Below are positions 1-8,372 of a stretch of 42,133 nt of DNA, piece by piece. The first letter of the stretch is position 1, and each line of letters starts with the position of its first letter. The DNA is from Bacteroidota bacterium. GTDB taxonomy: Bacteria; Bacteroidota; Bacteroidia; Bacteroidales; UBA1402. The position numbers and the translations under genes are program-made. Location: NCBI GenBank assembly GCA_030706285.1, contig JAUZOU010000001.1:1-42133 (forward strand). Direction: 5' to 3'. The notes under the pieces are model-generated. The model was not told where the DNA came from, made no database searches, and saw only the letters and a list, made by a program, of their open reading frames with translations.

Positions 1-873
1 CAAGGCGCCCCCCAGAAAAGAACCGGTAAGCAGAATCCTAAAGTCCGATCCGGCCACCTGCCTGATCATATGTGGAATGACCAGTCCGACAAACCCGATA
101 ACGCCACCAACCGCCACGCAAATACCAGTCAGCAAGGACGTGATCAGAAACATCAGCCGGATCACCAGCGGGGCGTTAACACCGAGGTGCATAGCCTTGG
201 TCTCCCCCAACCGCAAGGCATTGAGCTGCGGGGCAAACAAGTTGGTCACCAACAGGCCAATCAAGCTGGTCCAAAAGACCAGCCTGATTAGTTGCAGATT
301 GGGCTCATCCAGAGACCCCATCGTCCAGAAAACAATAGTGTGCATATCTTCCGTTGTGCCGACCGACATAAGTAGCATTAACGCGGAAGAACTGATAAAA
401 CTGATCATGACCCCGATCAACAGCATACGATTCACGTTGCCGGTACCTCTGCGCATGCCCAGAAAATACACCAGCAAAATCGTCACCAGTGACCCGGCAA
501 ATCCGGCGATCGGCAGCGTCAGCAAATGTCCCATCAGACCGGTACCCAAAACAATCACGATGGCTACGCCCAGCGAAGCCCCGCCGGAAATGCCCAGCGT
601 ATACGGTTCCACCAGCGGATTGCGAAAAACGCCTTGCAAAATGGCACCGACAAGGCTCAACGTTCCTCCAATGGAGAATGCCAACACTAGCCTCGGGATT
701 CTGATTTGTGTAAGAATCGCCTTTTCCAGGCTGTCGGATTGGCTGAACACGTCGGCCAGGTGCCCGAGAGAAATATGGATTTCGCCGGTTGTCAGTGACC
801 AAAGTGCCGCTACGATCAGCAACAGGATCAGCACAACCAGCAACATCGTCCAATGTAGATACCTCTGTTTCAT
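1..873 (-). CDS. btuC: FecCD-family ABC transporter permease (BtuC-like); 3' end lies outside the window
   Basis: Not in the supplied ORF track because it runs off the window. My own minus-strand translation from the ATG at 873-871 gives MKQRYLHWTMLLVVLILLLIVAALWSLTTGE...RIPRLVLAFSIGGTLSLVGAILQGVFRNPLVEPYTLGISGGASLGVAI...GLVIPHMIRQVAGSDFRILL. It stays open to position 1 (291 codons) and is multi-TM with FecCD-like motifs. Its ATG overlaps the TGA of the upstream binding-protein gene (ATGA). The track ORFs 77..883(+) and 305..853(-) are shadow frames. Confidence 0.85.
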   Translation of the reverse strand, partial: MKQRYLHWTMLLVVLILLLIVAALWSLTTGEIHISLGHLADVFSQSDSLEKAILTQIRIPRLVLAFSIGGTLSLVGAILQGVFRNPLVEPYTLGISGGASLGVAIVIVLGTGLMGHLLTLPIAGFAGSLVTILLVYFLGMRRGTGNVNRMLLIGVMISFISSSALMLLMSVGTTEDMHTIVFWTMGSLDEPNLQLIRLVFWTSLIGLLVTNLFAPQLNALRLGETKAMHLGVNAPLVIRLMFLITSLLTGICVAVGGVIGFVGLVIPHMIRQVAGSDFRILLTGSFLGGAL

Positions 874-1715
874 GACTGTCTGATCAATCGGGTCATTGTC
901 TGCAATGTCTGAACAAAACAAACCGGACACGGCATGCAGGCAGTATAGGCATCGATCAGAAATACACGTTTGTGCTTGACGGCACTCAGCGCTTTAATCG
1001 ACTCCCATTGCTTTTTCTCTGTCACTCCAACCACGCCCATCGTAGCAATGAATATAACATCCGGATCACGTTTCAGTACCGTCTCACGGGTAATACTGCC
1101 TCGTTTCAAATCGGCTGCAATGTTCCTGCCGCCGGCAAAGCGGATCAAATCATTCATATACGTATTCGGAATGACGGCAAACAGAGGATCGGATCCAATC
1201 TGGAAAAATAGCTTGAGAGGCTTGTGCTGCTGGCCCTTAAGCTTGTCCACTTGTTGTCTGGTTTGTTGAATAACAGCCATCGCCCTAGCACTTCTGCCAG
1301 CCCGGCGTCCTAAATCGATAAACTGTGAACAGATATCTTCAAAAGAACAAACTTTTGGGTAGACAACAACATTCAGCCTGAATTTGCGGAGAGTAGCCAG
1401 CGTCTGACCGTTTGTCAGAGCAGTTGTGACCACAAGGTCCGGTTTTAATGCAATGACCTTTTCTACATTGACGGTAACGGCGGAGGCCACAATGGCTTTC
1501 GAGTGATTGGTCTGACAATAGCTGGTACAGCCTACCAGATCACCTTCGGCTCCCATGTCGATGAGATTTCTGGTCAGGGAGGGAGCTAATGATACGATGC
1601 GCTTTACGGGAGCACCTGTTATGGCGGCAATGCTTGCCAAAAAGCACAATAAAAACAGGACACAATCCCGCAAGCAGCAGCTAGGCGAGGTTATCCGACG
1701 GACGAATGCCTTCAT
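870..1715 (-). CDS. btuF: ABC transporter periplasmic substrate-binding protein, cobalamin/iron-siderophore (BtuF-like) family
   Basis: 281 aa. Hydrophobic N-terminal signal, then the motif IVSLAPSLTRNLIDMGAEGDLVGCTSYC typical of the BtuF/FhuD-type PBP fold. It lies directly downstream of a cobalamin riboswitch and is translationally coupled to a FecCD permease. Confidence 0.8.
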   Translation of the reverse strand: MKAFVRRITSPSCCLRDCVLFLLCFLASIAAITGAPVKRIVSLAPSLTRNLIDMGAEGDLVGCTSYCQTNHSKAIVASAVTVNVEKVIALKPDLVVTTALTNGQTLATLRKFRLNVVVYPKVCSFEDICSQFIDLGRRAGRSARAMAVIQQTRQQVDKLKGQQHKPLKLFFQIGSDPLFAVIPNTYMNDLIRFAGGRNIAADLKRGSITRETVLKRDPDVIFIATMGVVGVTEKKQWESIKALSAVKHKRVFLIDAYTACMPCPVCFVQTLQTMTRLIRQS

Positions 1716-1799
1716 TCAACATTGAATTAAGGGCTTCGGAATAAATACAAACAAACGCAATGATAGCTACCATGTCGTCCCCTTGAACCTTTCATCCCG

Positions 1800-1995
1800 A
1801 AGCTCAGGTTAATACAACGCACTGGCAGGTTTTCTGGCTCGTCCTTGTTTCTGATGCCTTCCCACCCGCTCAGGGGCAGTGGCTAACAGTTGTTTCAGAA
1901 ACATTATTCCAGGACTTACAGCTGCGGGTACAGCTCCGGATTCGTTCAACTAACGTCAAACCCCACCGGATTCCCTCTTAGGATCTCCTCCAACG
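1800..1995 (-). promoter_or_regulatory. Cobalamin (B12) riboswitch aptamer; expression platform continues toward 1716
   Basis: The minus strand reads AGAGGGAAUCCGGUG (1964-1978), AAUCCGGAGCUGUACCCGCAGCUGUAAG (about 1915-1942), GCCACUGCCCCUGAGCGGGUGGGAAGGC (1856-1883) and the B12-box-like GAGCCAGAAAACCUGCC (1824-1840). These match the conserved core of the cobalamin riboswitch. Location is the 5' leader of the btuF-like gene. Confidence 0.85.
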
Positions 1996-2180
1996 GATTC
2001 AATCCACCAAATGCGAAGGCAAAAGTAATAAAAAATCGGGAGGTTGTCCAATTGACTGTCTTTTTTTTAAGCACAGAAATGGATGCCTCCCTCACGTCCT
2101 GTCTGCTTTACGATCTTTTCATAGTCACCGCCTAGCTATGACTGCATGGCGGCACTATTTATTTTATGTATGTACGATCG

Positions 2181-2678
2181 TTAATCCTCCCTGTTAAGAA
2201 TTTTCGTCTTTTCTTTCTCAAACTCATCTTGAGTAATGATCTTGTCATCAAGAAGCTTTTTTAAATCACGAAGGCTATCGACTTTCGACTTCTGTATACC
2301 TTGAACTTTTTGAGGTTCAGTAACGGAAGCCGCATCAAGAGCCTGCAACTCATAGCTATGTACCGGCTGATATTTCATCGTCCATAAAAATGGTACGGCA
2401 AAAAAAAGGCCACCGATAACGGCGGGTACATCAACTTCTTCGTCCTTTGTAATGGTTGTCACGATGGGTTTGAAGCCCTCTTTTTCAAGTTTAACCATCA
2501 TTGAACTTCCTACAATTTTTGTGTCACGGTGATAATAAGGTGTCTCTCCTACGTATTCACCATCAAGATACAATTTTGCTTTACTAGGAGTTGATTGAAT
2601 CAGCGTCGTGCTTGAACAACCGGCAAATAGAATAGTGGCGACAAGTAGTAAACTGACAATGCGAGCAGAATTAATCAT
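2181..2678 (-). CDS. Lipoprotein with PEGA domain, hydrophobic segment and C-terminal SHOCT domain
   Basis: Lipobox LFAGCSS. PEGA-like KAKLYLDGEYVGETPYYH...VKLEKEGFKP. Hydrophobic stretch PAVIGGLFFAVPFLW. C-terminal LRDLKKLLDDKIITQDEFEKEKTKIL matches the SHOCT short C-terminal domain pattern. Confidence 0.7.
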   Translation of the reverse strand: MINSARIVSLLLVATILFAGCSSTTLIQSTPSKAKLYLDGEYVGETPYYHRDTKIVGSSMMVKLEKEGFKPIVTTITKDEEVDVPAVIGGLFFAVPFLWTMKYQPVHSYELQALDAASVTEPQKVQGIQKSKVDSLRDLKKLLDDKIITQDEFEKEKTKILNRED

Positions 2679-2877
2679 GTTTTTTTTGTTTAAAAGATTT
2701 TAGAGTAAACGTCAGGATGGCTATCCCAGCAAGTAAAAGCACAACCCCACCAGCCAATACCCCTACTCCATAGTTCGACAATGTGCCAATACCTTTCAGG
2801 CACTCAATAATGGCGTAGATCGGGTATAAGATCAACGCAACAGCTATGATTAACAATAGGTATCTCATGAAACGCAA
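2671..2877 (-). CDS. Small two-TM membrane protein, function unknown
   Basis: 68 aa with two clear hydrophobic helices (YLLLIIAVALILYPIYAII; GVLAGGVVLLLAGIAILTF). Its 3' end overlaps the start of the PEGA/SHOCT gene by 8 nt, suggesting coupling. Confidence 0.5.
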   Translation of the reverse strand: MRFMRYLLLIIAVALILYPIYAIIECLKGIGTLSNYGVGVLAGGVVLLLAGIAILTFTLKSFKQKKHD

Positions 2878-2882
2878 CTTAT

Positions 2883-2919
2883 AACCATGGCAAGATTCTT
2901 AAAGGAACTTGCCATGGTT
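2883..2919 (-). terminator. Perfect 12-bp-stem hairpin between the Bor-like gene and the small membrane-protein gene (possible terminator or attenuator)
   Basis: AACCATGGCAAG (2883-2894), 13-nt loop, CTTGCCATGGTT (2908-2919). There is no clear U-tract on either strand. Confidence 0.35.
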
Positions 2920-2929
2920 TGATGGGTGT

Positions 2930-3223
2930 TTACTTTGTTATTGTTACCGTCGTTGGAGTATATATGCTTCCTGTCAACCAAGCAAGAAAACCATCAACAA
3001 ATGAATGGCTTATCGTAATGGAGTAATCCTTGGCATCACCAACCAACTCTTTCGTATTGGCAGTTGAAATAGGAGCCAACCCATTTATAACGTAATGATT
3101 ATGGGCAACGATTTTGGTACCCGTTTGAGGACCATTACCTACTGTAGCTGTAAACGTGTAACAAGAAGTCATTGCAAAGGCAAGGACCAAGGTAAGTGAC
3201 AAATTCAATAAACATTTTTTCAT
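2930..3223 (-). CDS. Bor/Iss-family-like outer-membrane lipoprotein
   Basis: 97 aa with lipobox AMTSC. The layout TFTATVGN...HNHYVINGL...SFVDGFLAWLTGSIYTPTTVTI parallels, from memory, phage-lambda Bor (TFTVQN...HHFFVSGIG...TFVNGLLGFITLGIYTPLEARV), which has the same length. Confidence 0.65.
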   Translation of the reverse strand: MKKCLLNLSLTLVLAFAMTSCYTFTATVGNGPQTGTKIVAHNHYVINGLAPISTANTKELVGDAKDYSITISHSFVDGFLAWLTGSIYTPTTVTITK

Positions 3224-4333
3224 GATATTTATTAGATTACGTTTTGCCTACTCTCAAGTTTTTCGGCTCACACTCCCTACTCAATTATACGGATTTTCAG
3301 GGACCTCCGTTTATTTAAAGCCTAGACATGCAGCCATCACAACACAGCTTCAATAAAGCCTGCTGTGCTTTTTGGGGGATATTCTAACTCTTGCCATGGC
3401 TGGATACTTATTAATGGTTTATTTCCTTATTTTATGTAAACGAATACTGAAACAGACATTTAGCTTCTTACACTAACCCATTACCAATCTATAAACGTTC
3501 AATCTCACAATAGTTAACCGCAAAAATACAATCGTTGATCGAGCAAAGCAAGCGATTGTAATTTTTTTCTGTAATGGAAACCATTCGTCAACAAATAAGC
3601 CTCAAAACGTCAAGGCAATAGCACCCTTAAAAAAACACACACGTTAGCTAGCCAAATCCTGCCAACTTTTCTCACAGGTACCAACAGCCATTTCCAGGGA
3701 AAAGATCAGAAAGTCCCTGACAGGGCATGCCGTAAATCTATTGTCATCACCCAGAAGTCTGTTCAAACAGGTTGCATATGGGCGCGCCCTTTTTTACCAT
3801 TTGGTGGAGACAGCGCGTTATTGTTTTGCCATCAGCTAATACCAGGCATCAAAAATGCAGTAAAATTGGGCATCAAAATCGGCTATATAGCCTAAAGTGG
3901 AGCATGCGGCAAGTATTTTAGTGCCATATCAACCCATGTTTTGCGCGCCGCTTTCCATACACTCCAAGCGAACAGCCTAAAAATGAGCAATCAGAAGATT
4001 TATATTATTATTTGGATGAGAGTAATAAAATATTTATATCTTTGATGATTAATCTTTCATTCACACTTTGTATATGGTATAAACAAAAAAATTCTCCATG
4101 TGTTATGCAACATTATAGTAAGCGCACTTTTGATTTTTTTTCAATTTGTAAACCAAAAGAAATGGAATCCGATCTTATAATCAAGCAATAAGTATATTTT
4201 TACTTTTATCTACATTAATAATAAAAATAATGAACCTTAAAAGATCTATTTTTAGAATTATTTCTTCTGTTTTATCTAGGAAACGCGTTTATTTAATTAG
4301 GTCGCTTGTATAATTAGGAATAAACTTAAGGCT

Positions 4334-4903
4334 TTGCCTAATCGTTTTGACTATGTAAGATACTCGGCGTTATCACTTTGCCATGAAGAAATTACAGCAA
4401 ACAACGTGAGTGGAAGCACCGCAGAACTTGGTGTATATAAAGGAGATTTTTCAAGACAAATAAATTATTTATTTTCTAAAAGAAAAATCTATTTATTTGA
4501 TACTTTTGAAGGATTTGATGCCAAAGATATTCAACTAGATCAAGAAAATAAATTTTCTATTGGCAGTCAGGATTTTTCAGACACATGTGTGGATTTTGTA
4601 ATGAAAAATATGCCACACCCTGATAATTGCATAATTAAAAAAGGTTTTTTCCCTGAAACGGCTTTTGGCATTTCCGATTCTTTTTGCTTTGTAAGCATTG
4701 ATGCGGATCTGTTTGCTCCAATATACGAAGGGCTAAGTTTTTTTTATCCATTATTGGAGAAAGGGGGATATATTTTTGTTCATGATTTTAATAATAATGA
4801 TTATAAAGGAGCCAAGCAGGCCGTTTTGAAATTTTGTAAAGAGAATAACATTACGTATGTTCCAATACCGGATGTTGCCGGAACAGTGATTATACCAAAA
4901 TAG
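4334..4903 (+). CDS. TylF/MycF-type class I SAM-dependent (O-)methyltransferase; the 5' end is probably disrupted (see findings)
   Basis: 189 aa: ...GSTAELGVYKGDFSRQINYLF..KIYLFDTFEGF...FVSIDADLFAPIYEGLSFFYPLLEKGGYIFVHDF. These are the SAM-binding and DxD-type motifs of the macrocin-O-methyltransferase family. The track start is a TTG, and there is no in-frame ATG near the 5' end. Confidence 0.65.
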   Translation: MPNRFDYVRYSALSLCHEEITANNVSGSTAELGVYKGDFSRQINYLFSKRKIYLFDTFEGFDAKDIQLDQENKFSIGSQDFSDTCVDFVMKNMPHPDNCIIKKGFFPETAFGISDSFCFVSIDADLFAPIYEGLSFFYPLLEKGGYIFVHDFNNNDYKGAKQAVLKFCKENNITYVPIPDVAGTVIIPK

Positions 4904-4930
4904 TTGCTGCTAATAAACAGGAGCTCGAAT

Positions 4931-5731
4931 ATGAAGTTGTACCTAGTGACACGCGCGCACAAGTGGCTTGCACTCTCTAGAATATACATAAGGCACATGC
5001 AAAAGATATACCACCTGAACTTTTTTTCTAGAGTCATATTCTTACTTCTAACCCCAGTTTGTTTCCAGTTCTTTGCCCTTGGATTTATATGGCATTCCAT
5101 TTATTGGGGAGTAATTACATCTGTGCTGATTATTTGGATGGTGTTTGTTCTAATCTCACCATTATTTGGCCGAATAGGGTGTGGCTGGTTTTGTTTTATG
5201 GGAACTGTCACAGATTTCTCCGGAAAATACTCGCTACGCAAAACAAAATGGAATACGCCGAAATTGTGGACAAGATTATTGATACTCATTCCATTCTTTT
5301 TATCGGCCTTTTACTTTTATTTTATTAATAAAGAGAATGGCCTCACGCATGGGTTTGCTATCGAGCCCAACTTCCTAAAATTAAGTTTCAATGATCACTA
5401 TAAAATTGTTTGGTTAAGTGATATCTCATTTGCTTTTATAATGGGGCTCTTCTTTGATAAAAGATGGGCTTGCAAGAATCTTTGTATGATGGGTGTTTTA
5501 TGCTCGGCAGGTGCAACGTATACACGACTTATTCCTGTTGCTGATACTAAAAGCTGTACGTTATGTGGAAGATGTGAAAAGGAATGTCTCGTAGGTATTC
5601 CGATAGTCGAGTATATTAAAAACAATAATGGGCTGATAACAAATGCCGAATGTATTAATTGTGGCAAATGTGTTGAAGCCTGCAGGACAAAGACAATAAA
5701 ATTAAAATTTGTCTGGAATCGAAAAAAATAA
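4931..5731 (+). CDS. Membrane-bound 4Fe-4S ferredoxin-type protein (NapH/MauN-like architecture)
   Basis: Several TM helices, the GRIGCGWFCFMG motif, and two C-terminal ferredoxin motifs CTLCGRCEKEC and CINCGKCVEAC. The start is placed at the first in-frame ATG (4931); the track begins at a TTG at 4904. Confidence 0.7.
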   Translation: MKLYLVTRAHKWLALSRIYIRHMQKIYHLNFFSRVIFLLLTPVCFQFFALGFIWHSIYWGVITSVLIIWMVFVLISPLFGRIGCGWFCFMGTVTDFSGKYSLRKTKWNTPKLWTRLLILIPFFLSAFYFYFINKENGLTHGFAIEPNFLKLSFNDHYKIVWLSDISFAFIMGLFFDKRWACKNLCMMGVLCSAGATYTRLIPVADTKSCTLCGRCEKECLVGIPIVEYIKNNNGLITNAECINCGKCVEACRTKTIKLKFVWNRKK

Positions 5732-5822
5732 AATGTCCTTTTGCTAACACCACCAGATCGCGTGCGGCTTATAAACAAAGGATGTTACTGCCGTAAGAAT
5801 AAACACAGCTTTCCCTTTATAT

Positions 5823-7061
5823 TTAGAGGGTTTTACATAAATCCATAGCCGCTCCGATAGCGACATCCATATTATAATATTCCCAATCTGCAAATCTTCC
5901 TGACAGATAAAAACCAGACTTCGATAGCTCTTTTTTTAATGCTCCAATCATCATTCTGGTTGATGCATCTTGTATTGGGTATGTATATTGATTATAATGG
6001 TGTTTAATGTATAGAGGAGACAATGGCATTTTCTCCAGATTTAGTAGAATTTCTTCCTTGGAAATATAGTCAGTAAATTCAATTGTTGCAGTCATTTTAC
6101 CATCTGCATTATTACTTTCTGAGAAATTGCCGGTACATATAATTCTGTGTGATTTAAATGTTTCACTTGGCAAATACATCCAACTATACGGGTTTTTATT
6201 TATTTCACATAACACAGAGGTAGTACCATGGTAATCAAGATTGTTTAATTGATTTTCATAGGCTGAAATATCTAATCCCTTAAGCATTTTCGGCAAATCT
6301 TTAATAATACCGCAAAAAATAATATACCTGAATTTCTGATTATTTATGATCCAGTTTTCACCGCTCTTTTCAATTAGATTAACAGGATTATCACATATAA
6401 TGTTTAATCCTTGGCTTAATCGATCGACAATAAATTGCGATCCATTAAATTTTTCATACCAAAATGTACTATGAACAAATTTTTTTTCTTCAATTCGATT
6501 AATATTATTATATATTATTTCTTCTATACTTGGCATTGGCAATTTTCCGTCCAACCAATCCATAGGTATCTTTCGTAAATCCGATTTCCAAATTTTTTTA
6601 TTATAGGGATTGAAATATTCCTTGTATAGTGTTTTTCCAAAACGATTCAGCAAAAATTCTTCAAAATTAGAAGGCTCAATACTAGGTTTACTTGCCAAAT
6701 CAACCAAATCTTTAATGAAATTTTTCTTCATTTCTTCATCAAAAAGATAGGCGTGATTTTCTATAGGATAGGGAATTATTTTTCCATTGCTCATGCAGAC
6801 GACAGCATTCCTGTTGACTTTTAAAAATTCTTCATCCCGGTTAAATAAATTCCAGAACCAATCCAAGACATCTTGTCTTTTTGAGTTAAACACGTGCCCT
6901 CCGCAAAGATGATACAACTGTCCGTTCACACGTTCACATCTTATCAGTCCTCCGGGACGTGATTCTTTTTCATAGACAGTTACCTCATATCTATTTTTCA
7001 ACAAATTAGCCACAGTTAGTCCTGAAAGTCCTCCTCCTATTACAGCAATTTTTCCGTTCAT
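5823..7061 (-). CDS. FAD/NAD(P)-binding oxidoreductase (amine-oxidase / UDP-galactopyranose-mutase-like fold)
   Basis: 412 aa. N-terminal Rossmann motif KIAVIGGGLSGLTVANLL...VYEKESRPGGL, followed by GGHVFNSK. The specific activity cannot be assigned by eye. Confidence 0.7.
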   Translation of the reverse strand: MNGKIAVIGGGLSGLTVANLLKNRYEVTVYEKESRPGGLIRCERVNGQLYHLCGGHVFNSKRQDVLDWFWNLFNRDEEFLKVNRNAVVCMSNGKIIPYPIENHAYLFDEEMKKNFIKDLVDLASKPSIEPSNFEEFLLNRFGKTLYKEYFNPYNKKIWKSDLRKIPMDWLDGKLPMPSIEEIIYNNINRIEEKKFVHSTFWYEKFNGSQFIVDRLSQGLNIICDNPVNLIEKSGENWIINNQKFRYIIFCGIIKDLPKMLKGLDISAYENQLNNLDYHGTTSVLCEINKNPYSWMYLPSETFKSHRIICTGNFSESNNADGKMTATIEFTDYISKEEILLNLEKMPLSPLYIKHHYNQYTYPIQDASTRMMIGALKKELSKSGFYLSGRFADWEYYNMDVAIGAAMDLCKTL

Positions 7062-7148
7062 GATTATATTTTTTCGACTAGTTTTCTTAGATCCAATGTC
7101 CTTTGAGAGGTATAAAAGTTGGATAAATAATCAGTATAAAATGGCAAA

Positions 7149-8219
7149 TCAATTTTTTTTCTCCGTTTCGGGCTCATTTGCAAACAGCTTTTTCTTTAAC
7201 CAAAAAGCGACATTGACCAGGCCAATCATAACCGGAACTTCCACCAAAGGTCCAATGACAGCCGTAAATGCTTCTCCTGAATTGATGCCGAATACAGCGA
7301 CAGCGACGGCAATAGCCAACTCAAAGTTGTTGCTGGCAGCCGTGAAAGATAAGGTTGCGGATTGCTCATAATTGGCACCAGCTTTTTTACTCATCAAGAA
7401 CGAAACCAAAAACATGATCAGAAAATAGATGATAAGAGGAAGGGCTATTCGCAGCACATCAACCGGAAGTTTGATAATATAGGCTCCTTTCAGGGAAAAC
7501 ATGACAACAATAGTGAATAGCAATGCGATTAATGTCAATGGACTGATTTTTGGAACAAATTTCGTTTCATACCAGGTTTTGCCTTTTATGTGCAGCAGGA
7601 TAAACCGGCTCAAAAAGCCAGCGGCAAAAGGTATTCCAAGATAAATCAGGACACTTTTGGCTATCTGGCCAATCGTTATGCTGGCAACAGCTTCGTTGAC
7701 CGGCAGACCAAACCAACCAGGCAAGATTGCAATGAAAAACCAGGCATAAAAAGCAAAAAACAACACTTGGAAAATCGCATTAAATGCCACCAATCCGGCA
7801 GCATACTGCCTATCGCCATGTGCCAGATCGTTCCAGACAATCACCATGGCTATACAGCGAGCCAGGCCGATCAGTATCAGGCCGTACATATAATCCAAAT
7901 TGAACCTCAGGAAAATAATTGCCAGTAGAAACATCAGTACCGGGCCGATAAACCAGTTCTGAACCAACGATAGTCCCAGAATCTTTCTTTGCTTAAAGAC
8001 ATCTACCAGCTCTTCATAGTTCACTTTGGCCAGTGGCGGATACATCATGAGTATGAGTCCGATGGCTATTGGCAAATTCGTTGTTCCAACCGACATTCTG
8101 TTCCAGAAATCGGCAATATCCGGGCTTTGCCAGCCCATAAACACCCCTGCAATCATAGCAAGGAAAATCCATAGTGTTAAAAAACGGTCTGAGACCTTTA
8201 ATTTACTTTTTGAAGACAT
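7149..8219 (-). CDS. acr3: ACR3-family arsenite efflux carrier
   Basis: 356 aa, about 10 [20 protein letters not shown]...[25 protein letters not shown]...[12 protein letters not shown]...[14 protein letters not shown] matches the ACR3 (ArsB-type BART superfamily) signature regions. Confidence 0.9.
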   Translation of the reverse strand: MSSKSKLKVSDRFLTLWIFLAMIAGVFMGWQSPDIADFWNRMSVGTTNLPIAIGLILMMYPPLAKVNYEELVDVFKQRKILGLSLVQNWFIGPVLMFLLAIIFLRFNLDYMYGLILIGLARCIAMVIVWNDLAHGDRQYAAGLVAFNAIFQVLFFAFYAWFFIAILPGWFGLPVNEAVASITIGQIAKSVLIYLGIPFAAGFLSRFILLHIKGKTWYETKFVPKISPLTLIALLFTIVVMFSLKGAYIIKLPVDVLRIALPLIIYFLIMFLVSFLMSKKAGANYEQSATLSFTAASNNFELAIAVAVAVFGINSGEAFTAVIGPLVEVPVMIGLVNVAFWLKKKLFANEPETEKKN

Positions 8220-8243
8220 GATTCGTATTGTTTACTGAAACCA

Positions 8244-8353
8244 GATCTATAGATCCTGATGTGATCAGACTGTTGCCTGTCTTGCCAGTTTTCCGGATCT
8301 CCGGTATAAATCTGATCTTTTCAAGGAAAAGAGCACTTCTTATAAAAACGATC
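8244..8353. repeat. GATC-dense leader upstream of acr3: six GATC sites in 110 nt, including the 12-bp perfect palindrome GATCTATAGATC
   Basis: GATC at 8244, 8252, 8263, 8296, 8314 and 8350. The palindrome spans 8244-8255, 25-36 nt upstream of the acr3 ATG (8219). Confidence 0.5.
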
Positions 8354-8372
8354 AGCTATTCTAGCAAGCGAC

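Noticed and set aside
77-883. Track ORFs 77..883(+), 305..853(-), 489..704(+) and 70..291(+)
   Set aside because: Their translations are low-complexity (Pro/Arg/Thr-rich) and not protein-like. A third minus-strand frame over the same DNA gives a textbook FecCD permease that is translationally coupled to the upstream gene, so these are shadow frames.
1890-2135. 81-aa plus-strand ORF
   Set aside because: It lies antisense across the cobalamin riboswitch and promoter region and has no protein-like features.
5733-7103. Shared 10-mer AATGTCCTTT at about 5733 and about 7094, flanking the oxidoreductase gene (possible short direct repeat or target-site duplication)
   Set aside because: Only 10 nt in AT-rich DNA, with no associated inverted repeats or recombinase. 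It is compatible with chance.
5823-8219. Idea that acr3 and the downstream FAD/NAD(P) oxidoreductase form an arsenic-transformation operon (ArsO/ArsH-like)
   Set aside because: A sharp composition change falls between the two genes. The oxidoreductase looks like an amine-oxidase or UDP-galactopyranose-mutase-type Rossmann protein and not a flavin monooxygenase or ArsH. There is no arsR, arsC or arsM nearby. Adjacency seems coincidental.
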